This document shows positions 28,323 through 36,937 of a stretch of DNA of 64,000 nucleotides, piece by piece. Origin of the DNA: an uncultured Actinomycetota bacterium (GTDB taxonomy: Bacteria > Actinomycetota > Actinomycetes > JAHEKZ01). The translations under genes and the position numbers were made by a program. The notes under the pieces are model-generated. The model made no database searches. It saw only the letters and a list, made by a program, of their open reading frames with translations, and had not been told where the DNA came from. The number at the start of each line of letters is the position of its first letter. The first letter of the stretch is position 1. The stretch covers positions 416,001-480,000 of the forward strand of contig CAVQYR010000002.1 in assembly GCA_963718235.1 (NCBI GenBank), given 5' to 3'.

Positions 28323-29027
28323 TCAACGCGCGACTGCGGCCTGCTCGACGAGGGCCTCGAACAGGCGCAGGTCGTCGAGGGCCTCGGGGTGCCACTGCAC
28401 GCCGAGGGCGAAGCGCTTCGTGGGCAGCTCGAGCACCTCGATCGTGCCGTCGTCGGCACGGCCGGTGACGGTGAGCGCGCCCGGGTCGTCTACCCCCTGG
28501 TGGTGGTAGCTGTTGACCGTGAGCTGCGCGCCCAGCAACGACGAGGCCAGCGACCCGGGCTGGAGGTGCACCTGGTGCTCGCTGAACACCCCGGTGCCCC
28601 CTCGGTGGCGGTCCTCCCCGTGCAGGTCGGGCAGGTGCTGGACCAGCGTGCCGCCGGCCTGCACGGCCATCACCTGCATGCCCCGGCAGATTCCGAGGAC
28701 GGGCACGTCCTGGCGCAACGCCTCGTCGAGCAGGGCGAACTCTGCCTCGTCGCGGTCGCGCCGGACGACGACCTCCGGGTGGGGGTCGGCGCCGAAGCGG
28801 GCCGGGTCGACGTCGGGGCCGCCAGCCAGCAGGAGTCCGTCGAGGACGTCCAGGAGCTGGGGGTCCAGCGCGGACGCGTGCGGGACGACGAGGGCCAGGC
28901 CTCCCGCTGCCTCGACCTGCGTGGCGTACCGCTCGGGGACGAGGACGGCGCGCATGTCCCACACGCCCCATCGGGCCTGGTCCGCGTAGGCACTGATGCC
29001 GATCACCGGACGACGCGTGGTGGTCAC
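28323..29027 (-). CDS. Gamma-glutamyl-gamma-aminobutyrate hydrolase family (PuuD-like, peptidase C26)
   Basis: PVIGIS, LAGGPDVDP, GICRGMQ, NSYHHQG, GVQWHPE. Confidence 0.92.
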   Translation of the reverse strand: MTTTRRPVIGISAYADQARWGVWDMRAVLVPERYATQVEAAGGLALVVPHASALDPQLLDVLDGLLLAGGPDVDPARFGADPHPEVVVRRDRDEAEFALLDEALRQDVPVLGICRGMQVMAVQAGGTLVQHLPDLHGEDRHRGGTGVFSEHQVHLQPGSLASSLLGAQLTVNSYHHQGVDDPGALTVTGRADDGTIEVLELPTKRFALGVQWHPEALDDLRLFEALVEQAAVAR

Positions 29028-29137
29028 GTGAGCCAGCGTGGCACACCCGTTGTCCAGCATGCGGACCATCCGGTGAGGAATGCCGAGACGTACGGCACAG
29101 TTGAGCCAGCGAGTCGTCTACCCACGCTGGAGCCCAC

Positions 29138-30349
29138 GTGTCTGCCGCACCTGTCGCGAACGCCCTGCCGCCGCTCGTCGAGCCGGCCGCCGACCTGTCG
29201 GTGCAGGAGGTCATGCGCTACAGCCGGCACATCATCATCCCCGAGGTGGCGATGGCCGGCCAGAAGCGGCTCAAGAACGCCCGGGTGCTCGCGATCGGTG
29301 CCGGCGGTCTGGGTTCTCCGGTTCTGGTGTACCTCGCTGCGGCCGGGGTCGGCACACTCGGTGTCGCCGAGTTCGACGTCGTCGACGAGTCGAACCTCCA
29401 GCGCCAGATCATCCACGGGCAAAGCGACGTCGGCCGGTCGAAGGCTGAGTCGGCGCGCGACTCGATCAAGGAGATCAACCCCTACATCGACGTCGTGCTG
29501 CACGAGCAGCGGCTCGACTCGTCCAACGTGATGGAGATCTTCGCCCAGTACGACCTGATCGTCGACGGCACCGACAACTTCGCGACCCGCTATCTCGTCA
29601 ACGATGCGGCGGTCCTGCTCGGCAAGCCCTACGTGTGGGGCTCGATCTTCCGGTTCGACGGGCAGGTCAGCGTGTTCTGGGCCGACCACGGTCCGTGCTA
29701 CCGCTGCCTCTACCCGGAGCCTCCGCCTCCCGGGATGGTGCCGTCGTGCGCCGAGGGCGGCGTGCTCGGGGTCATGGCCGGCACGGTCGGCACGCTCCAG
29801 GCCAACGAGGCGGTCAAGCTGATCACCGGTGTGGGCGAGCCGTTGCTGGGCACGCTGATGGTCTATGACGCCCTGGAGAGCTCGTTCCGCAAGGTGCGGA
29901 TCCGCAAGGACCCGGCGTGTGCCGTTTGCGGCGAGAACCCCAGTGTCACCGAGCTGATCGACTACGAGGCCTTCTGCGGCACGATCTCCGCGGAGGCGGC
30001 CGAAGCGGCGAAGGACTCCACCATCTCGGTGCTCGAGCTGAAGGAGAAGCTCGAGCGGCGCGAACGCGGCGAGGAGGACTTCGTCCTGATCGACGTCCGC
30101 GAGCCCGCGGAGTACGAGATCGTGTCGATCCCGGGTGCAGTGCTCATCCCGAAGAACGAGTTCCTGATGGGCGACGCGCTGTCACAGCTGCCGCAGGACA
30201 AGCCGATCGTGCTGCACTGCAAGGTGGGTGGACGCTCGGCTGAGGTGCTCGCGGTCGTGAAGAGCGCCGGGTTCAGCGACGCGGTGCACGTGGGTGGCGG
30301 CGTCGTGGCCTGGGTCAGCCAGGTCGAGCCGGACAAGCCCAGCTACTGA
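29138..30349 (+). CDS. moeZ: Adenylyltransferase/sulfurtransferase MoeZ (MoeB plus rhodanese)
   Basis: RYSRH, GAGGLG, SNLQRQ, CYRC, C-terminal rhodanese DVREP...HCKVGGRS. Confidence 0.93.
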   Translation: MSAAPVANALPPLVEPAADLSVQEVMRYSRHIIIPEVAMAGQKRLKNARVLAIGAGGLGSPVLVYLAAAGVGTLGVAEFDVVDESNLQRQIIHGQSDVGRSKAESARDSIKEINPYIDVVLHEQRLDSSNVMEIFAQYDLIVDGTDNFATRYLVNDAAVLLGKPYVWGSIFRFDGQVSVFWADHGPCYRCLYPEPPPPGMVPSCAEGGVLGVMAGTVGTLQANEAVKLITGVGEPLLGTLMVYDALESSFRKVRIRKDPACAVCGENPSVTELIDYEAFCGTISAEAAEAAKDSTISVLELKEKLERRERGEEDFVLIDVREPAEYEIVSIPGAVLIPKNEFLMGDALSQLPQDKPIVLHCKVGGRSAEVLAVVKSAGFSDAVHVGGGVVAWVSQVEPDKPSY

Positions 30350-30405
30350 GCCAGGTCCGCAGCCGATCGGTGCGCGCCACTGGTTCGATCTGCCAGAGTT
30401 CCCTC

Positions 30406-30810
30406 GTGACCGTTCGCTGGCAGTGCGTGTGTGTCGACTCGGTGGACCCCCGAGCCCTGGCCGACTTCTGGGAGCCGGTTCTGGGCTGGCGGCGCACCTT
30501 CGACGACGACCAGGAGGTCGTGCTCGAGCCGCCGGTCGGCAGCCCGGAGGAGGGTGTGTCGCCCGACCTGCTCTTCCTGCGCGTGCCCGAGGCCAAGTCG
30601 ACCAAGAACCGGCTGCACCTCGACCTTCGTCCCGACGACCAGGCGGCGGAGGTCGCCCGGATCGAGGCGCTCGGCGCCCGCCGGGTCGACGTGGGGCAGG
30701 TGGGCGACGAGTCGTGGGTGGTGCTCGCCGACCCCGAGGGCAACGAGTTCTGCGTCCTGCGCGCTCTGACATCCGCGGATGCGGTGTACGAGGGACCGGC
30801 GTCGGGCTGA
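30406..30810 (+). CDS. VOC family protein
   Basis: LADFW, KNRLHLDL, LADPEGNEFC. Confidence 0.9.
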   Translation: MTVRWQCVCVDSVDPRALADFWEPVLGWRRTFDDDQEVVLEPPVGSPEEGVSPDLLFLRVPEAKSTKNRLHLDLRPDDQAAEVARIEALGARRVDVGQVGDESWVVLADPEGNEFCVLRALTSADAVYEGPASG

Positions 30811-30817
30811 CGTCCCC

Positions 30818-33265
30818 TCAGAGCGCGTTGCGCCGCTGCAGGAGGTTGAACGACAGCCAGCCCGGGATGATCGGGATCCAGAACGTGCAGGCTCGGAACA
30901 GCAGTGCGGCCTGCACGGCCGTGGAGCCGTCCAGCCCTGCCGCGGTCAGACCCGCAGCCAGCGCTGCCTCGACCGCGCCGATCCCGCCCGGGGTGGGGGC
31001 GGCCGAGCCGATGGCTCCGGCCGCCAGGTACACGAATCCGACCGTGGCGAAGCCCAGTGTTCCCCCGTACGCCGCCTGGGCCGACCAGAGCGCTGCCGAG
31101 TAGGCGAGGTTGAGGGCGAGCGCTCCGAGCAGGCCGACCACGATCCGCCGAGGTTGACGCAGCATCGACAGGAGGCGGGGCAGGGTCCGCTCCACGAGTG
31201 GGCGCAGCCGCTCGAGCATGGCCCGTCGCGTGCGGGGGATGCCGAACAGCAGGGCTCCGATCAGGGCCAAGGTCACCACCACGAGGATCACCGTGCGCCC
31301 GGGGACGAGTGCCGTGTCCTGCTGCTGGGTGGTGAAGAACCCGAACCCGACGATGAGGAACAGGTACGAGCCGAAGACGACGATCTGCGAGACCCCGACG
31401 CTGGCCAGGGCCAGCGACGGCGCGGCGCCGGCCTGCTGGATGTAGCGCGTGTTGGTCCCGACGGTCCCGACCGCCGGTGGAGCGACGAGTGACACGAAGG
31501 TCGCGGCGAACTGGACCATCAACGTGCGCAGCCACACGAGAGGGACTGGGGAGAAGCTGGTGATCACCAAGGACGCGCCGAGGTAGGTGACGACCGAGAA
31601 CAGCAGCGCGACGAAGAACCAGGTGCCGCTCGCCTCGGTGAACAGGGACACGAGGTCGACGTCACCCAGCTGGCCGAGCAGCAGGAACACGGCCAGGCCG
31701 AAGGCGAGGAAGCTCATGATGGTGCGCGGGCGAAGCCGTTCGAGCCGCACCGGCTCGGTCGGCGCGGTCGGCGACGCGGCGATGACCGCGTCGCGCAGGT
31801 CGGCCAGCAGCCCACGGTGCTCCTTGAGTGCCGAGCGCGTGGTGCGGCTCAAGGCGATCGGCTGGAGCAGCGGCAGTGCCTCGCCAAGTCGTTTGGGGGT
31901 CAGCTCGCGGAGGGCGGCGTCGACCGCCCGCTGCGGCCCGAGGAGTGCGGCCGTGGTGACCAGCATCTCGGCGTCGTCGATCCGCAGGGTGAGCGGCTCG
32001 GCGGCGATCTCCCCGGACTCCAGGCCCAGCAGCCAGCTGTGGCCGTCCCGGTCGACGGCCAGGTTGCTGGCGTGCAGCTCCTCGTGGGCGATGCCGGCCC
32101 GGTGCAGCATCCGCACCTGGTGCCATGCGTCAGCGACCAGCGAGTCGGTGAGCTCGTGCTCGTCGAGCTCGGTGAAGGTGCGCAGCCCCTCGACGATCTC
32201 GTAGGCGAGCACGGCGGCGTCAGGGCCCACTGCCGCCGCGGCCACGAGCGAGGGAGTGCGCACGCCATGCGTCCTGGCGGCCAGCGTGGGCAGTGCGGCC
32301 TGGTCGACCCCTCGCCGAAGGGACAGCGCCGGTCTGCGCTCCACCGGCCGTTGGACCCGTAGTCGACGCCACAGCTGGTAGAGGAACCCCGCGGCTCGGC
32401 GGTCGCGGTCGAACACCGCCAGCTGCAGGTGGCGCCCCTCGAGGGTGCGGGCCCGGTAAGTACGCCCCTCGTCGGTCTCGTCGACCAGCCGGGCATAGGC
32501 CAGCGGAGTGGCGACCCGGGCGAGCGCCTGGGTCACCTGGCGGCCCGACGGCTGCGGGTTCGTCGTCCCGAAGCCGTAGCGAAAGCCCAGGCCGAACGCC
32601 CGACCGAGGGCGGCGCTGAGTGCCAGTGCCAACGGTGTGGCCGACTGGTTGAACAGGGTGAGCACCACGAAGGCCACCACCGAGCCCCACACGATCGCGG
32701 CCAGCCGGGGTCGCCCGGCGAGCCCGTCGACCGTGGCGAACGCGACGATCGCCGCAACGCCCGGGAACGCGAACGCCGACTGCTGTCCACCGACGGTGGT
32801 GGTGAACGCGTCGATCAGGGTGTCGCTGAACCAGTCGCCAGCGAAGGCCGACAGAAGGAGGGTCGCCACGAACACGGTGAGCGACGCCAGGACTGCGACC
32901 AGGAGGGCCTGCCACCGCCGTCGGATCAACAGGTCGACCACCAGGACGACCGGGAGCACGAGCAGCAGCAGCCCGCCGACAGCGGCCAGCAGCGAGACGA
33001 TCAGGTCAGGAAGGGTCGTGACCGCTGTGGTGAGGTCGTTCTCGAGCCCAGAAGTCGTGCCGATGGCCACCGACCCGAGGGCGAGCAGGGCTCCTGAGGC
33101 CACGACCCAGCCGATCGCCCGGATCAGGTCGAAGGGCCGGCGCACCCGGTCCGGGCGCGGTGGCTCCTCGACGGTGGCCGGCGGGGGTGGCAGCGCCACG
33201 GTCGGGACCGGTCGCTCGAGGGGCTGCAGGTGGGCCGGATCGGGGAGGTCGCTGCGCCGGTCCAC
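30818..33265 (-). CDS. Membrane protein with central kinase-like domain and C-terminal LPG-synthase/flippase-like TM domain
   Basis: N-terminal TM bundle, soluble APH-like middle domain, C-terminal PTPGGIGAVEAAL and LFRACTFW. Confidence 0.85.
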   Translation of the reverse strand: MDRRSDLPDPAHLQPLERPVPTVALPPPPATVEEPPRPDRVRRPFDLIRAIGWVVASGALLALGSVAIGTTSGLENDLTTAVTTLPDLIVSLLAAVGGLLLLVLPVVLVVDLLIRRRWQALLVAVLASLTVFVATLLLSAFAGDWFSDTLIDAFTTTVGGQQSAFAFPGVAAIVAFATVDGLAGRPRLAAIVWGSVVAFVVLTLFNQSATPLALALSAALGRAFGLGFRYGFGTTNPQPSGRQVTQALARVATPLAYARLVDETDEGRTYRARTLEGRHLQLAVFDRDRRAAGFLYQLWRRLRVQRPVERRPALSLRRGVDQAALPTLAARTHGVRTPSLVAAAAVGPDAAVLAYEIVEGLRTFTELDEHELTDSLVADAWHQVRMLHRAGIAHEELHASNLAVDRDGHSWLLGLESGEIAAEPLTLRIDDAEMLVTTAALLGPQRAVDAALRELTPKRLGEALPLLQPIALSRTTRSALKEHRGLLADLRDAVIAASPTAPTEPVRLERLRPRTIMSFLAFGLAVFLLLGQLGDVDLVSLFTEASGTWFFVALLFSVVTYLGASLVITSFSPVPLVWLRTLMVQFAATFVSLVAPPAVGTVGTNTRYIQQAGAAPSLALASVGVSQIVVFGSYLFLIVGFGFFTTQQQDTALVPGRTVILVVVTLALIGALLFGIPRTRRAMLERLRPLVERTLPRLLSMLRQPRRIVVGLLGALALNLAYSAALWSAQAAYGGTLGFATVGFVYLAAGAIGSAAPTPGGIGAVEAALAAGLTAAGLDGSTAVQAALLFRACTFWIPIIPGWLSFNLLQRRNAL

Positions 33266-33313
33266 GCGCCGATGGTGCCACAGGGGGCGCGGTGGTTTCG
33301 TACGCTGCGAACC

Positions 33314-33685
33314 GTGGCCTCGCGACGCTTCGACCCACGCCTCCCGTCGGTGTTCGCCGAGGAGGTGCTGGACCTCGTCGCCCAGATCCCCCCGGGGTGC
33401 GCGGTGAGCTACGGGGACGTCGCCCGCCTGCTGCGGCACGGCGGCCCGCGCCAGGTCGGTGCGGTGATGGCCCACTTCGGCGACGGCGTCCCTTGGTGGC
33501 GGGTGGTCCGCGCCGACGGCACGGCGGCCCCGGTCGTGGCCGCCGAGGCGCGGGCGCGTTGGCGGGAGGAGCGGATGCCCACCCGCTCCGACGGCCACCG
33601 GGTCGACCTCGCGGCGGCGCGTTGGGAGCGCGCGCGCCCGGACGGTCCACGGCCGGACGGCGCCAGGAGTGTCGGTCCGACGTGA
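33314..33685 (+). CDS. MGMT-family alkyltransferase-like (ATL) protein
   Basis: IPPG.AVSYGDVA, RQVG, PWWRV (Trp in place of the catalytic Cys). TACGCT lies 7 nt before the GTG. Confidence 0.88.
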   Translation: MASRRFDPRLPSVFAEEVLDLVAQIPPGCAVSYGDVARLLRHGGPRQVGAVMAHFGDGVPWWRVVRADGTAAPVVAAEARARWREERMPTRSDGHRVDLAAARWERARPDGPRPDGARSVGPT

Positions 33686-33697
33686 TACTCACGTGCT

Positions 33698-36600
33698 GTG
33701 ACTGACCAGGGGGCGCACTTTCGGCTGCACGCCGCTGCGGGTGCGACCGCGTCGTCGCGCGGGTCCGGTCTCGTCCTCGACGAGGCGCAGCAGCAGGTGG
33801 TGTCGGCCGTGGCCCGCCCCGGGCACGGTCCGCTGCTCGTGCTCGCCGGACCGGGTACGGGCAAGACCACCACCATCGTGGAGGCGGTGGCCGCGCGGGT
33901 ACGGGCCGGAACCCCCGTCGCCCAGGTGCTCACGCTGACCTTCAGTCGCAAGGCGGCCCAGGAGCTGCGCACCCGGATCACCTCGGCGCTGCCGTGCGCG
34001 GTGGCCGAGCCGGTCGCCTGGACCTTCCACGCGTTCAGCTACCGGCTCATCGGCGAGGCCTGGGCCACGGGGCTCGGCGGTGCGCCCGGCCCGACCGAGC
34101 GGCCGCGGCTGCTGTCCGGGCCCGAGCAGGACGTCGTCGTCCGCGAGCTGCTGGCCGGGTCCGACCGGGTCTCCTGGCCGCGCGAGCTCCTGCCGGCGCT
34201 GGGCACGCGGGGCTTCGCCGACGAGCTGCGGGCCCTGCTCGCCCGCGCCCGGTCGGTCGGCCTGGACGCCGACCGGATGCTCGAGGTGGCCACCGGCCGG
34301 ACCGACTGGGCGGCGGCGGCTGAGTTCCTGGCCGAGTACCTCGACGTGCTCGCGCTGTCCGGCAGTGTCGACTACGCCGAGCTCGTCGGTCAGGCGGTCA
34401 GCTGGGCGGAGTCCGATGCCGGCCGTGCGGCGCTGCAGGGCAGGTACTCGCTGGTCGTCGTCGACGAGTACCAGGACACCGACCCCCAGCAGGAGCGGCT
34501 GCTCCAGGCGCTGGCCGGTGGGGGTCGTGACGTCGTGGTGGTGGGCGACCCCGACCAGTCCATCTATGCCTTCCGCGGTGCGGAGGTGCGCGGGATCGTC
34601 GAGTTCCCCGACCGGTTCCCGCCCTCTGGGGTGTCCCCGCGTCCGGCGCCGACCCTCACCCTGCAGGTGGCACGGCGCAGCGGCGCGGAGCTGCTGACCG
34701 CGAGCCGACGGGTCGCCGAGCGCCTCCCCGGCGGGCGCCTGCCCACCGAGGTCGTCCGGCAGCACCGCTCCCTGCGACCGGCCGAGGGCCTGGCCAGCGG
34801 ATCGGTGGAGGTCTACGCGCATACCAGCGCCGGTGCCGAGCTGCGTCACGTCAGCGACCTGCTGCGCCGCGAGCACCTCGAGCACGGCACCTCCTGGGGG
34901 TCGATGGCGGTGCTCGTCCGCTCGGGCACGACCTCGATCCCGCCGCTGCGCCGCGCCCTCGGCCTGGCCGGGATCCCGGTCGAGGTCGCCGGTGACGAGC
35001 TGCCGCTGGCGCGCGACCCGTCGGTCGCCCCGCTGCTGCTGGCGCTGGGTGTCGCGGTCGACCCCACGAGCCTGGCACCCGACGTCGCGCACCAGCTGTT
35101 GACCGGTCCGCTGGGCCGCGCCGACCCGGCTCGGCTGCGCCGGCTCGGCCGGCTGCTGCGCCAGTCGGCTCGCGAGGCGCTGGTCGAGCGGGGCGCACCG
35201 CCCCTGCCCCCTCCGGCCGACGTCCTGGTCCGCGACGCGCTGGCCGACCCGCGCGAGCTGGTCCTGCTGCCCGACGAGCTGACCGCGCCCGTCGAACGCC
35301 TGGCCGGGTTGCTCGAGCGGGCGCGGGAGGCCGTCCTCGCAGGGGCCAGCGCGCACGACGTGCTGTGGCAGCTGTGGTCGGGCGCCCGCTGGCGGCGTGC
35401 GCTCGAGGCGGCGGCGTTCGGTGGCGGCGCCGCGGCCCGGGCCGCCCACCGTGACCTCGACGCGGTGGTGGCGCTGTTCGAGGCGGCGAGCCGCAGCGAG
35501 TCCCGGGTGCGCCACCGTGGCGTCGCGGCGTTCCTCGCCGAGCTGTCCGCGCAACAGATCCCCGGCGACACGCTGGCCGAGCGGGGGCTGCGGCCGGACG
35601 CCGTGCGGCTGCTCACCGCGCACCGGTCCAAGGGGCTGGAGTGGGACGTCGTCGTCGTGCCCGGAGTCCAGGAGGACAGCTGGCCGGACCTTCGACGTCG
35701 CGGCTCGCTGCTCGAGCCGGACCGGCTCGCCGCCGACGGACCGGCGGCGCCCACCCCACCGAGCGTCCTGCTCGCCGAGGAGCGTCGGCTGTTCTACGTC
35801 GCGGTCACCCGGGCCCGTCGGCGGCTCGTCGTCTCGACGGTGGCGGTCAACGACGCCGAGGGCACCCGGCCGTCACGGTTCGTGGCCGAGCTCGGCGTGC
35901 ACCCGGTAGCGGTCGAGGCGCTTCCCGTGCGGCCGCTGTCGATGTCGGGCCTGGTCGCCGAGCTGCGGGCCACCGCCGTCGACCCGGGCGCCGAGCCGGC
36001 CCTGCGCGACGCCGCCGTCGAGCGGCTGGCCGGGCTGGTCCGCGACGGGGTCGGTGCCGCCGACCCCGACCGTTGGTGGGGGGTGCTCGAGCTCACCCAT
36101 GCCGACCCCGTGCGCGATCCCGATGAGCCGATCCGGCTGTCGGGCTCGTCGCTGGAGACCCTGGTCACCTGTCCCTTGCGCTGGTTCCTGGCCCACGAGG
36201 CCGCCGCGGAGGAGACCCGAAGCGTGGCCATGGGGTTCGGTTCGGTCGTCCACGCCCTCGCCGAGGAGATCGCGCACGGTGACACCCCGGCCGAGCTGTC
36301 CGCGCTCGACGAGCGGCTCGACGTCGTGTGGCAGCACCTGGGGTTCGAGGCCCGCTGGCAGTCGACGCGCGAGCGTGAGCAGGCGCGGATGGCGCTCTCC
36401 CGCCTGCTGCACTGGATGGCCTCCGACCGCCGGCGGAGCCTGGTCGCCGCCGAGGAGCGCTTCGAGGTCGAGCTCACCGTCGAGGGACCGACCGGTCCGC
36501 GACCGGTGCTGCTGCGCGGCTACGTCGACCGGCTCGAGCTCGACGACGGCGGGCGGGTGCACGTCGTCGACTACAAGACCGGGCGGAGCAAGCCGACGAA

Positions 36601-36937
36601 CAAGTCGGTGGCCGACCACGTCCAGCTGGGCGTGTACCAGCACGCGGTGCGGCACGGTGCGTTCGACGCACTCGAGGTTCCCCGTGACCCCGGGGGGGCC
36701 GAGCTGGTGCAGCTGCGGCACGATGCCGGCCGCAAGGCGGGTGGCCCGTACGTCCAGCCGCAGGGGGCACTCGACGTCGACGGCCAAGGACGCAGCTTCG
36801 TCGACGACCTGCTCGAGGAGGCGGTGCAGACCATCGACGTCGAGCTGTTCCCGCCGCGTCCCAGTGACCGTTGCAGGACCTGCTCGTTCACTGCCGCGTG
36901 CCCGGCCCAGGACACCGGTCGGCAGGTGGTGTCATGA
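33698..36937 (+). CDS. adnA: AdnA-like UvrD helicase-nuclease
   Basis: AGPGTGKT, DEYQD, GDPDQSIY, TAHRSKGLE, YVAVTRA; C-terminal PD-(D/E)XK (VDYKTG) with four Fe-S cysteines. Confidence 0.88.
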   Translation: MTDQGAHFRLHAAAGATASSRGSGLVLDEAQQQVVSAVARPGHGPLLVLAGPGTGKTTTIVEAVAARVRAGTPVAQVLTLTFSRKAAQELRTRITSALPCAVAEPVAWTFHAFSYRLIGEAWATGLGGAPGPTERPRLLSGPEQDVVVRELLAGSDRVSWPRELLPALGTRGFADELRALLARARSVGLDADRMLEVATGRTDWAAAAEFLAEYLDVLALSGSVDYAELVGQAVSWAESDAGRAALQGRYSLVVVDEYQDTDPQQERLLQALAGGGRDVVVVGDPDQSIYAFRGAEVRGIVEFPDRFPPSGVSPRPAPTLTLQVARRSGAELLTASRRVAERLPGGRLPTEVVRQHRSLRPAEGLASGSVEVYAHTSAGAELRHVSDLLRREHLEHGTSWGSMAVLVRSGTTSIPPLRRALGLAGIPVEVAGDELPLARDPSVAPLLLALGVAVDPTSLAPDVAHQLLTGPLGRADPARLRRLGRLLRQSAREALVERGAPPLPPPADVLVRDALADPRELVLLPDELTAPVERLAGLLERAREAVLAGASAHDVLWQLWSGARWRRALEAAAFGGGAAARAAHRDLDAVVALFEAASRSESRVRHRGVAAFLAELSAQQIPGDTLAERGLRPDAVRLLTAHRSKGLEWDVVVVPGVQEDSWPDLRRRGSLLEPDRLAADGPAAPTPPSVLLAEERRLFYVAVTRARRRLVVSTVAVNDAEGTRPSRFVAELGVHPVAVEALPVRPLSMSGLVAELRATAVDPGAEPALRDAAVERLAGLVRDGVGAADPDRWWGVLELTHADPVRDPDEPIRLSGSSLETLVTCPLRWFLAHEAAAEETRSVAMGFGSVVHALAEEIAHGDTPAELSALDERLDVVWQHLGFEARWQSTREREQARMALSRLLHWMASDRRRSLVAAEERFEVELTVEGPTGPRPVLLRGYVDRLELDDGGRVHVVDYKTGRSKPTNKSVADHVQLGVYQHAVRHGAFDALEVPRDPGGAELVQLRHDAGRKAGGPYVQPQGALDVDGQGRSFVDDLLEEAVQTIDVELFPPRPSDRCRTCSFTAACPAQDTGRQVVS

